DNA of 64,000 nucleotides from positions 3,808,001 through 3,872,000 of the forward strand of contig CAXXLQ010000004.1 in NCBI GenBank assembly GCA_963668695.2. The letters run 5' to 3'. Positions 9,979-18,570 of this stretch are shown here, piece by piece. The notes under the pieces were generated by a model that did not search any database, was not told where the DNA came from, and was given only the letters and a program-made list of their open reading frames with translations. Position 1 is the first letter of the stretch, and each line of letters begins with the position of its first letter. The stretch is from Vicinamibacteria bacterium. Lineage in GTDB: Bacteria; Acidobacteriota; Vicinamibacteria; Marinacidobacterales; Marinacidobacteraceae. Position numbers and translations under genes: made by a program.

Positions 9979-10499
9979 AACGGAGGTCCTTGCTCCAACC
10001 CCTTCCGCTGCGGCGGCCGGGATGGGTTTAGTGCCCCAGCGCCACCCCGGACTAGGCGCTTCGCAAGCGCAGAGCAATCGTACGCGCGGTGGATTTCACC
10101 TAAACGCCCAAGCGCACGGCCTGCTCTCACATCGTTCCGGTGTCGGAGGCAATGCTCTTCCATGCTCCACATGCGTCGGCGCAGGAAGTCGGCCAGAGCA
10201 GCTGCCACAGCCCGTTCACGCGTGGCCAGACTGGGGGGAGCGCCGTTCTGAAGTCGCTGAATGTGTTCGATCATGATGTTTCCGAGAGCGCTTGGGCCGC
10301 ACCCGCCGTCCACGTCAACGTCAGGTTGAACGAGCCAAGGGCGGAAGAGCGCCTTCGGAAGTTGGCTGCAATCCGTGGTCAGGGCGTAGTCCAGCGCCTC
10401 AACGTTCTCTACCAGAGGACGGGCGGCATTCTCAGCGCGCCTCAGGATTTCGCGCCACAGCTTGGACAGAGGCAGGCTACTGTGGGGGCCGTCACTCAT
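9975..10499 (-). CDS. Hypothetical 174-aa protein (N-terminus MSDGPH), first gene of the QueC-like cassette; positionally QatB-like
   Basis: ATG start; stop overlaps QueC-like start (GTGA); no recognisable domain. Confidence 0.7.
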   Translation of the reverse strand: MSDGPHSSLPLSKLWREILRRAENAARPLVENVEALDYALTTDCSQLPKALFRPWLVQPDVDVDGGCGPSALGNIMIEHIQRLQNGAPPSLATRERAVAAALADFLRRRMWSMEEHCLRHRNDVRAGRALGRLGEIHRAYDCSALAKRLVRGGAGALNPSRPPQRKGLEQGPPL

Positions 10500-10503
10500 G
10501 ATA

Positions 10504-10532
10504 TGTCAGCATATCACATATCGTCTCTGACA
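10504..10532 (-). promoter_or_regulatory. Extended -10 (TGaTATGCT) 8 nt before the ATG, within TGTCAG-N17-CTGACA inverted repeat; candidate leaderless promoter/operator of the cassette
   Basis: Minus strand reads ttgtcagagacgatatgtgatatgctgacatatcATG; no Shine-Dalgarno. Confidence 0.4.
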
Positions 10533-10771
10533 ATGTCGAATATGCCTTGGAAGCAGAGGATTGACTCCAGAGGCCGTTCAAGACATGCCCATCGGGACCC
10601 TGCAGCGAACCTCAGGAAGGGAGCCTGATGGAATGGCCAACCGAGTTCGGGGCAATGACACTGTCTGTTCCGCCGCCCTCCGGGCGGCGGTCCCGGCCGT
10701 CTCCGCCACCAACTCGCCCACAGCTCGGTCCTTGGCCCTCCCCTCCCCACGCGTAAGATTCCGGCCGCCTC

Positions 10772-12301
10772 GTGCCTCGTTTCTATCTGACCACCGCCAT
10801 CGACTACGTCAACTCGCCGCCGCACCTCGGCACGGCCTACGAGAAGATCACCGCCGACGTGATCGCGCGCTTCAAGCGGAGCGCGGGGTACGACACCCAC
10901 TTCCTGATGGGGGCCGACGAGCACTCCCTCAACGTGCGCCGGAAGGCTGAAGAACAGGGCCTCGATCCGCTGGACTACTGCGCCAAGATGGAGGACACCT
11001 TCCGCGCGGTCTGGGCGAAGCTCGACGTCTCCTACGACGAGTTCATCCGCACCACCGAGAAGCGCCACCACCTGGGGGTCCAGAAGCTGCTCGAGGCGAT
11101 TCGCGCGCGGGGCGGCATCTACGAGGGAACGTACGAGGGCTGGTACTGCGTCTCCTGCGAGGCCTTCAAACAGGAGAAGGATCTTGAAGACGGCACCTGC
11201 CCCCTCCACCGGGCAAAGCCGGACTGGATCTCCGAGAAGAACCACTTCTTCCGCCTCTCGGCGTACCGCGACCGGCTGCTCGAGCTCTACCGGGACCAGC
11301 CGAGCTTCATCGAGCCCGAGACCCGGCGGAACGAGCTGACGAACGTCCTCGAAGCGGGGCTCCTCGATCTTTCGGTCAGCCGGCCGAGCACCGGCTGGGG
11401 GATCCCGGTGCCTTTCGACGACGCCAGCGTGGTGTACGTCTGGTTCGACGCGCTCATGAACTATCTCTCGGCAACCGGTTACGGGACCGACGAGGAAGGC
11501 TGGGAGGAGCGCTGGCCCGCCGACCTCCACATCGTGGGCAAGGACATCACCCGCTTCCACGCCGTGATCTGGCCGGCCATGCTGATGGCGGCCGGGCTTC
11601 CCATCCCCCGGCAGGTCTTCGGGCATGGCTTCGTGAACTTCCAGGGAGAGCGGATGAGCAAGTCGCTCGGAACGGCAGTGGACCCGCTCGAAGCGAGCGA
11701 CCACTTCGGCCCCGACCCGCTCAGACTCTTCCTGGTCCGCGAAGTCCAGTACGGACAGGACGGTGACTTCTCCTGGGATCGTTTCGAGGCGCGTTACGAC
11801 TCGGATCTCGCCAACGCGCTCGGGAACCTGGTCAGCCGCATCACCTCGATGGCCGCCCGCTATCGCGATGGCCGGCTGGCCGCTTCGGCCCGCTCGGCTC
11901 TTCCCGAAATCTCGACCCGGGCGGTCGCCGACTACCGCGAGGCGATGGAGGGACTTCGTCTTCACGACGGGGCGGCCGCCGCCTTCCGGATCGTGGGGGC
12001 GGTCAACGAATTCCTGACCTTGCGCGCTCCCTGGAAGCTCGCCAAGGATCCGGACGCCGGAGAGGCGCTCGACGAAGCTCTCTACGAAGCCGCGGAGGCA
12101 ACCCGGATCGCCGCCGTCCTTCTCCATCCGGTCATGCCGAAGTCCACCGCTCGCATTCTTGAACGCTTGGGCGGCGCGTCCGCCGATCCGATCCGCTTCG
12201 ACGAGCACGCCGTCTTTCAGGGAGCCCGGGTCCTCGCCACGCAGGCGGGGGCACCCCTCTGGCCGCGGCTCTCCACCCGGCGATCAGGAAACCGGGGGTA
12301 A
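10772..12301 (+). CDS. metG: Methionine--tRNA ligase (short form)
   Basis: FYLTTAIDYVNSPPHLG, YCVSCE, VYVWFDAL, GKDI, RMSKS. Confidence 0.95.
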   Translation: MPRFYLTTAIDYVNSPPHLGTAYEKITADVIARFKRSAGYDTHFLMGADEHSLNVRRKAEEQGLDPLDYCAKMEDTFRAVWAKLDVSYDEFIRTTEKRHHLGVQKLLEAIRARGGIYEGTYEGWYCVSCEAFKQEKDLEDGTCPLHRAKPDWISEKNHFFRLSAYRDRLLELYRDQPSFIEPETRRNELTNVLEAGLLDLSVSRPSTGWGIPVPFDDASVVYVWFDALMNYLSATGYGTDEEGWEERWPADLHIVGKDITRFHAVIWPAMLMAAGLPIPRQVFGHGFVNFQGERMSKSLGTAVDPLEASDHFGPDPLRLFLVREVQYGQDGDFSWDRFEARYDSDLANALGNLVSRITSMAARYRDGRLAASARSALPEISTRAVADYREAMEGLRLHDGAAAAFRIVGAVNEFLTLRAPWKLAKDPDAGEALDEALYEAAEATRIAAVLLHPVMPKSTARILERLGGASADPIRFDEHAVFQGARVLATQAGAPLWPRLSTRRSGNRG

Positions 12302-12540
12302 CAGCCTGTGGTGAAACCCACGCGGCCCAGTTCTCCCGGTGGGGGCTCGAGCGGCGATCCATCCCGCCTGAACCGCCCCCCCACCGGGAGAACTGGCGCT
12401 TTGCGGCGCTCGACGTTGCGTTTCGGTCGAAATACACTCGGGCCAGTTCCTCCCTCACGCGCCTTGTCAGGCGGACCCCCACCGGGAGAACTGGGCCTCA
12501 CCGCTCTCGGCGCTCACCCGGGTTCCACCACAGGCTGGTA
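12299..12540. mobile_element. MITE-like element, TIR subtype 1 (copy A)
   Basis: TAacagcctgtggtgaaaccc...gggttccaccacaggctggTA; begins at TA of metG stop; shares core with other copies. Confidence 0.75.
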
Positions 12541-12579
12541 AGCGGGCAGGCCACGGCTCGCGGCGCCTCGGGAGTGGCG

Positions 12580-13839
12580 ATGACCTCCAGCGCCGCCAAT
12601 CCCTTCTCGCGGAACTGGTTGATGGGGTTCCGGGCGGACCTGATCTGGATCATCCTCTCGGCCGGCATCGGTTGGGCCTACCTGGCGCTCATCCTCGGGG
12701 TGGGCGCCGGGCTGGACAACCCGCTCCGGGACGCCTTCGCCACCCTGCGGGTCGGGGACTTCGCCCTCCCGGTGAGCCTGGGACTGGTAGTGGTCACGAG
12801 TTGGGCGGTGCTGCTCGACGCGCCGCACCTGTTCGCCACCCTGGCCCGCACGGTGCTGGATCCCGAGGAATGGCGCCTTCGTGGCGGGGTGCTGCTGGCT
12901 TCGTTCGGCTTCTTCCTGCTTGGCCCGGCCCTCATCCTGGCCCCCCGGCTGCTGGCTTCCGCCGGCGTCCTCCCGTCCGGCTGGCAAACCGCCGGAAGTG
13001 TCGTCTTCCTGGTCTTCTTCCGCCTGTGGGCGTACTACCACGTGGTTCGCCAGCACTGGGGGTTCTTGCGGCTCTACGCCCGCCGGAATCCGGCGGCGGA
13101 GGACGAGTTCGAGTTCCGTGCGGATCGGATCGTCTTCCCGATCGTCTTCTACCTGCCGATCGGGTGGTTCCTGACGGCTTCCTGGTACGCGGAGAGCGGG
13201 CTGCCGGAACTGGGGTTCGCCACGGAGGTGGGCGGCAGCACTCTCGGGTCCTGGCTCCACCTCCCGATCGGGTCGCTCTGGCTCCTGACCGTGATCGGCT
13301 ACGCCGCCTTCCAGTGGCGCCGCTACCTGCGGGGCAAGCCAAGGAATCTCCCCAAGCTGCTCCTGCTCGCCGCCACCGTGCCGCTCCACGCCGCGGCGTT
13401 TTCAAACCCGCTTCTCGTCCTCTTCGTGGTGCCGCTGGTCACCGCCGGCCACAACCTCCAGTACCACCGGTTCGTCTGGGACTATGCCAAGCGGCGCTAC
13501 CGCGCGGGACGGAGCGCCGCTGCCTTCTCGTTCCGTAGTCCGGCGCTCTACTTCGCGCTCGGGCTGGTGTTCACCTTCCTCGCTTACCGGGGACCCCTGG
13601 TCCACTCGATGAGCGGGATGCTCTCCGGGCTGCTCAACGAGGTGCTGCTGCCCCTGGCAGGTCTGGTGGCCGGGGCTCCGGGTGACGGAGGGGGCGCCTT
13701 GGGAGCCGAGGTGGTAGCGGCTTCACTCCTCGGCTGGGCAATGCAGCACTACTACCTCGACGCCCGCATTTGGCGGGTCTCGAAGGACGAACGTCTGCGG
13801 AAGGTGCTCGATTCGCCCGTCTCTGCGGCCCATTCCTGA
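12580..13839 (+). CDS. Integral membrane protein with His motifs, function unknown
   Basis: Multiple TM segments; PHLFAT, YHVVRQHWG, HNLQYH, QHYYLDARIWR. Confidence 0.75.
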   Translation: MTSSAANPFSRNWLMGFRADLIWIILSAGIGWAYLALILGVGAGLDNPLRDAFATLRVGDFALPVSLGLVVVTSWAVLLDAPHLFATLARTVLDPEEWRLRGGVLLASFGFFLLGPALILAPRLLASAGVLPSGWQTAGSVVFLVFFRLWAYYHVVRQHWGFLRLYARRNPAAEDEFEFRADRIVFPIVFYLPIGWFLTASWYAESGLPELGFATEVGGSTLGSWLHLPIGSLWLLTVIGYAAFQWRRYLRGKPRNLPKLLLLAATVPLHAAAFSNPLLVLFVVPLVTAGHNLQYHRFVWDYAKRRYRAGRSAAAFSFRSPALYFALGLVFTFLAYRGPLVHSMSGMLSGLLNEVLLPLAGLVAGAPGDGGGALGAEVVAASLLGWAMQHYYLDARIWRVSKDERLRKVLDSPVSAAHS

Positions 13840-14025
13840 CACCGGCCGGGAGCGGCCCCGGCGAGCACCGCTCGCAAGGGACAGGTCTGCGGATCTCGCT
13901 GGCCTCCGGCCAGCGGTGCCGGTCTGAATGAAGGTCCCTACATTCCGCCAAACTCTGGGATTCCCGCCGAGAAGGGGCCACCTCGGAACTCGGGGTCCTT
14001 CCCGCCGCCCGCCTCCGGCGGGCTG

Positions 14026-14133
14026 TGCCGACCGGAGGTCGGCGTTCCAAGCCGTCCCCGCACTTCTTCGCGTTGGAGTTACGGGAGTCTCGCTCCCCTG
14101 CGGGGAGCGGTGCCGGTCCAAAACCGGCGCTCC
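14026..14133. repeat. Two REP-like palindromes with GGA(A/G)CGCC foot
   Basis: tgccgaccggaggtcggcgttcc (14026-14048) and tgccggtccaaaaccggcgctcc (14111-14133) between convergent genes. Confidence 0.55.
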
Positions 14134-14137
14134 CGGT

Positions 14138-15001
14138 CTACCGCTCCAGGGATTTCCGGAACGCTTCGATCGTAATCTCCGCCCGGCGCGCCACCATCGC
14201 CTGCCCGTTCGCAATCGTCTGATCGAGCGGGTCGAGCGAGACGCCGTTGATCTCGAAGAGGCCGGCCGCCCGACGTTCGCGCGCCCGGATCGTTCCCGGG
14301 TCCACGGTCGCCATGATCGCGTCGTAGTGATAGTCGTCGTGGATCCCGGCTCGCGACGCGGATTGGACGTCCGGCTCCTGGTGCACCCCGAGTTCCTTGA
14401 GCTGTTCGAAGCTCCAGATGTCCTCCCGGTAGTACTCGAGGATGTGATGGAGGCGTACGCCGGCATGCGGCGGTTCGGCGTTCCAGCGCTCCGCAACCGC
14501 GGCCATTCCGCGCTGGTTCCCGCCGCTGTCACCGATCATGAGGATGTCGGTGAACCCACTGGTCGCCAGGCTTCGCGCCACGTCGGTGAGGACCATCTCG
14601 AAGGTCTCCGGGGTGAGGCTGAAGGTCCCCGGGAAGCGCATGTGCCCGGTCGGGGGGTCGTGGTCCCCTTCGGGCACGAGCTTGACGATGGGAGCGACCA
14701 GCGCGTTGCCCAACCGCCGGGCGATCGCTTCGGTGGTGGCCCGGAGCACCACGTTGTGCTTCCCGGTGACCACGTAGGGACCGTTCTGCTCGATGCCGCC
14801 GGTGGCGACGATCGCGGTGGTTGCACCGTCGGCGATCCGGTCGCGCACCTCCATCCAGGTCAGCTCTTCAATGAAGACGCTGTCAAACGCCGCGATGGGC
14901 CGCTCGGCGTCGAGCGCGTTCCAGGGATGATCCTGGGCTCCGCCGCCGCAACTGAGCGTTGCCACCGAAAAAAGAAGAACGAAAAGGCACCGAACGGACA
15001 T
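14138..15001 (-). CDS. Creatininase-family lipoprotein
   Basis: EELTWMEV, ATGGIEQNGP, FPGTFSL, GDSGGN; lipobox-like LSC. Confidence 0.8.
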   Translation of the reverse strand: MSVRCLFVLLFSVATLSCGGGAQDHPWNALDAERPIAAFDSVFIEELTWMEVRDRIADGATTAIVATGGIEQNGPYVVTGKHNVVLRATTEAIARRLGNALVAPIVKLVPEGDHDPPTGHMRFPGTFSLTPETFEMVLTDVARSLATSGFTDILMIGDSGGNQRGMAAVAERWNAEPPHAGVRLHHILEYYREDIWSFEQLKELGVHQEPDVQSASRAGIHDDYHYDAIMATVDPGTIRARERRAAGLFEINGVSLDPLDQTIANGQAMVARRAEITIEAFRKSLER

Positions 15002-15067
15002 GGGGACCATTGTTGGCGGAGAAGGCCCGTAGCGCAACCGCATCGCGGGTCCAACCCGCGCCCGCCG

Positions 15068-16180
15068 CTACGCGGGAAAGACCGGCACCGGCCCCGCGGG
15101 ACGAAGACCCACCCGCTGTCCCGGCCGGAGGAGCCCCTGCCAGATCTCTCGCGCCGGAGACCGTGCGGCAATGGAGTTTCCCGAGGGAAGACGCGCCTCG
15201 ATGAGCTGGAAGGCTCCGTGGAACGATGTCCGGGTCAGCACCGCGGAGGTGGCCGCGGCGCGCTCTTCGTCCACGAAGGGCTCCACCAGCAGCCCGTCGA
15301 GCGGCAGGAGGACCTCGACCGGACCCCGGGGCGGCGCTTCACCGGAAGCCGGCGCCAGGATCTCGACCCGACCAATCTCGCAGACCGCAGTCTTGCCGTC
15401 GCTCTCGCCCGGGAGGAAGTTGGTCTCCCCGAGAAACTCGGCGCCGGCGCGGCTTCCGGGATCCCGGGCGAGTTCCTCGGGCCTTCCGGAACGGACCACC
15501 CTCCCGTCCAGCAGGAGAACGACCTGGTCCGCGAGCAGAAACGCCTCTTCCCGGTCATGAGTAACGAGTACCGCCGTCGTACCGAGGCGCCGGAGGAGTT
15601 GCGCCACTTCCTCCCGCACGCCCGCCCGGCGGGGCGCGTCGAGGTTCGAAAACGGCTCGTCCAGCAGCACCACCGCCGGCTCGGGGGCGAGGGCGCGCGC
15701 GAGCGCCACCCGTTGCTGTTCTCCACCGGAGAGTTCGTGGGGCCGCTGCCCTGCCATTTCCGACAACCCGACCATCTGGAGAGCGCCCCAGGCACGCGAC
15801 AGACCCGCCGGTCCCGGCACTCCGAAGGCCACATTCCCGAGGGCGGAGAGATGCGGGAAGAGCGCGTATTCCTGGAACACGAGACCCACCCGCCGCGACT
15901 CCGGTGGAACGAACACGCCCTTTCCGCTCACCGTCCGCCCCAGCAGCCGCACTTCTCCCGCGTCCGCCGTTTCCAGACCGGCCACGATGCGGAGCAGGGT
16001 TGTCTTCCCCCCGCCGCTCGGCCCCAAGACGGCGGTCAGGCTGCCGGAAGGGACATCCAGATCCACTCCGGCCAGCACCGTGCGGTCCGGATCCCGATCC
16101 CCGTTGCCGCGAAAGCGTTTTTCAATCGCCCGGCAACAAAGCGCCGGTTCGTGGGCAGCGTCGCCGCCCGCACCACTCAT
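15068..16180 (-). CDS. Fe3+ ABC transporter ATP-binding subunit (FbpC-like)
   Basis: Walker A GPSGGGKTT, FQEYALFPHL, LSGGEQQRVALARAL, LLDEPF. Confidence 0.9.
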   Translation of the reverse strand: MSGAGGDAAHEPALCCRAIEKRFRGNGDRDPDRTVLAGVDLDVPSGSLTAVLGPSGGGKTTLLRIVAGLETADAGEVRLLGRTVSGKGVFVPPESRRVGLVFQEYALFPHLSALGNVAFGVPGPAGLSRAWGALQMVGLSEMAGQRPHELSGGEQQRVALARALAPEPAVVLLDEPFSNLDAPRRAGVREEVAQLLRRLGTTAVLVTHDREEAFLLADQVVLLLDGRVVRSGRPEELARDPGSRAGAEFLGETNFLPGESDGKTAVCEIGRVEILAPASGEAPPRGPVEVLLPLDGLLVEPFVDEERAAATSAVLTRTSFHGAFQLIEARLPSGNSIAARSPAREIWQGLLRPGQRVGLRPAGPVPVFPA

Positions 16181-17769
16181 CAGCGCACCGCCGGACGAAG
16201 TGGACGTCCCGGACGCAGGACGACGAGAAGCGCCACCGCGCAGAACAGGAGCAGGATCAGCGAAGCGGCCGCCGCCCGGCCGAGTTCAACGTTCTCAGCC
16301 GCACTCCAGACGGTGGTAGCGAGAGTGGTGTATCCGGTGGGCGCCAGCATGAGGGTGGCGGGCAACTCCTTGACGCTGGTCAGAAACACGAGGGCGAGTC
16401 CCGACGCCAGGCCGGGGCCGAGCAGGGGCAGCGTAATCTGCAGATGGCGGCGCATCCAGCGGGCGCCCAGGGAACGCGCCGCGTCGTCGAGCCGCGCGCT
16501 GAGCGGCGCGAGGGTGGCCTCGATCGGCGCGATCGCCTGCGGCAACATGTGAACTGCGTACGCGAAGACCAGCAGGGCCAGCGTCTGGTAGAGGAAGGGC
16601 GCCAGGTTCACCGCGAAAAAGACGAGCGACAGGCCGACGACGAGTCCCGGCAAACCGAAACCGATGTGCGAGATGGCACGGAGGGCGGAACTCCGCGGCG
16701 AGGGGAAGCGGACCGTCAGGAAGGCCACCGGGATGGCGAGCGCGGTCGTCACAACCGCGGCGAGCAGCGATACGAGTCCCGTTCGTCCCAGCGCGGGAAC
16801 GAGCCCGGTCACCGCCCCGACAGGGGCCTGGACCAGCCAGTAGACACAGACCCCGACCGGAAGGACGAGCGCCGGCAGCAGAACCAGGAGGCACAGGAGC
16901 AGCCCCGCCCACTTCCAGCCGCCGAGCGCGTGGATGCGGGGCGGCCGGGCTTGCACGGCCCCGGGAGACGGGCCCGCGGAACTCTCGAACCGCCTGGCGG
17001 CGGCGAGCACCAGGAGGGTCGCGAACACCAGCAGGAGGGCGAGCCCGGCCGCCGTGTGGCGGTCCAGCGATCCGCGGAGCTGGTTGTAGATGGCCCAGGT
17101 GAAGGTCTCGTAGCGCAGCAGCGAGACGGCTCCGAAGTCGCTCAGGGTGTAAAGCGCCGCGAGCAACCCGCCCGACAACAGGGCCGTCGACAAGAGCGGC
17201 AGGGTCACCCGGGTGAAGCGCCGCCAGCGGCTGGCGCCGAGCACTTTCGCGGCATCGTCGAGCGATCCATCCAGAACCGCAAACCGCGCACGGGCCGCCA
17301 GATACACGTAGGGGTAGTTGAGCAGCACGAGAACCAGAAAGGCGCCGGGGAAACCGTAGATCTCCGGAAGCCGTTCCCACCCCGTGAAGGGTTCCAACGC
17401 GCGTTGGAGCAGCCCCCGCGGGCCGAGCGCGGTAGCCACGGTAAAGGCCGCCACGTACGACGGCACCGCGAGCGGCAGCGCCAACAGGCCGGTCAGGATT
17501 CGCCGGCCGGGGAGGTCGGTCCTCGCAGTGAGCCAGGCCAACGGCAGCCCGAGCCCGGCGGCCCCCGTCGCCACCGCTGCGGTCAGGAGGAGGGTCCTGC
17601 CGGCGATTCCGATGCTGCGCTCTCTCAGCAGCACGTCGAACAATCCGCCGCCGCCCAGCGCCCGTCCCGCCAGATAGAGGAGCGGCAGGATGCACATCGC
17701 CGCGACAAAGATGCCCGAGGCCTGGAGAAGCCGGGAAGGCGGGCGGCTCCACCGGGCCGGAGCGCTCAT
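16180..17769 (-). CDS. Fe3+ ABC transporter permease (FbpB-like)
   Basis: Two EAA-type loops (DDAAKVLGAS, DDAARSLGA), SDFGAV, KELPATL. Confidence 0.9.
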   Translation of the reverse strand: MSAPARWSRPPSRLLQASGIFVAAMCILPLLYLAGRALGGGGLFDVLLRERSIGIAGRTLLLTAAVATGAAGLGLPLAWLTARTDLPGRRILTGLLALPLAVPSYVAAFTVATALGPRGLLQRALEPFTGWERLPEIYGFPGAFLVLVLLNYPYVYLAARARFAVLDGSLDDAAKVLGASRWRRFTRVTLPLLSTALLSGGLLAALYTLSDFGAVSLLRYETFTWAIYNQLRGSLDRHTAAGLALLLVFATLLVLAAARRFESSAGPSPGAVQARPPRIHALGGWKWAGLLLCLLVLLPALVLPVGVCVYWLVQAPVGAVTGLVPALGRTGLVSLLAAVVTTALAIPVAFLTVRFPSPRSSALRAISHIGFGLPGLVVGLSLVFFAVNLAPFLYQTLALLVFAYAVHMLPQAIAPIEATLAPLSARLDDAARSLGARWMRRHLQITLPLLGPGLASGLALVFLTSVKELPATLMLAPTGYTTLATTVWSAAENVELGRAAAASLILLLFCAVALLVVLRPGRPLRPAVR

Positions 17770-17986
17770 TGTTTCCGGAAAGGGCTGTTCATGAGTGACT
17801 CATCACCGTGGCCAGTGCGGCCGTTCGGCGCTCCCCGGCGTAGAGGGCCAGAGGAGTCGGTGCCGGAGACCTGCCGGGCCGCTACCTCGCGGCGCGCAGC
17901 GCCGCGGGGGTGGGATTGGGATGCGGGGAGGGGTGTCCCCTCCCCGCAAAAAACGACGTCGCGAATCGCGCCGCGAATCGCGACAT

Positions 17987-18477
17987 CAGCAGCCGGTGGG
18001 CAGAGTGGCGTGAGCACCGAGAGCGGTGAGGCGCCCGGCTGACAAGGCGCGCGAGGGAGGAGCCCCCACCGGGAGAACTGGCCCGAGTGTGTTTCGACCG
18101 AAGCGCAACGATGAGCCACGCGAAGCGGGGCGGCCAGTTCTCCCGGTGGGGGCCAGCCGGGATGCATCGCCGCTCGCTTCCGGAGCGGGGCGCCAGCACC
18201 GCGGAGACCCCGGAGCGGAAGAGACGGGGGACGGGAGCACCCGACCCCCATCCCTCTTGACTCGGGCTTCCGGAGCGGGGCGCAAGCACCGCGGAGACCC
18301 CGGAGCGAGAGGGATGGGGGACGGGAACACCCGACCACCATCCCTCTTGACTCGGGCTTCCGGAGCGGGGCGCAAGCACCGCGGAGACCCCGGAGCGAGA
18401 GGGATGGGGGACGGGAACACCCGACCACCATCCCTCTTGACTCGGGAATGCCACGAGACTCTGTCTACAGGCTGCTT
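17987..18477. mobile_element. MITE-like element, TIR subtype 2 (copy B), with 3 x 90-bp array
   Basis: cagcagccggtgggcagagtggcgtg...cacgagactctgtctacaggctgct; lies between iron-binding protein and permease genes. Confidence 0.75.
18176..18445. repeat. 90-bp tandem array, 3 units
   Basis: Units start gcttccggagcggggcgc at 18176, 18266, 18356. Confidence 0.9.
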
Positions 18478-18568
18478 GCCCGTGGGGAACGCGCCCCGCA
18501 TGCAGCGAACTCGGCAACTGTGTCGTGTCCTTCATGTGGCGGTGATGCGGGGTGCTTTCCCCGCGGGC
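18478..18568. repeat. 24-bp imperfect inverted repeat just downstream of the iron-binding protein gene
   Basis: gcccgtggggaacgcgccccgcat ... atgcggggtgctttccccgcgggc (3 mismatches). Confidence 0.65.
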
Positions 18569-18570
18569 GA

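Noticed and set aside
6811-10771. Integrative element with att sites around the QueC cassette
   Set aside because: No integrase, tRNA or flanking direct repeat could be seen by eye.
10772-12301. MetRS motif variants (HLGT, RMSKS) and missing C-terminal domain
   Set aside because: Within the normal variation of short-form bacterial MetRS; not evidence of a specialised paralogue.
17862-17875. gccggagacctgcc resembling the 3' B12-box of a cobalamin riboswitch
   Set aside because: Wrong strand for the ABC operon, and the upstream conserved riboswitch elements are not recognisable.
17922-17953. Hairpin followed by A-run as intrinsic terminator of the iron operon
   Set aside because: On the transcribed minus strand the U-tract precedes rather than follows the stem.
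13928-18042. Very long ORFs (874 aa, 712 aa; likewise 1123-2853, 40080-42002, 42455-44710)
   Set aside because: Antisense shadows of well-supported minus-strand genes, typical of high-GC codon bias.
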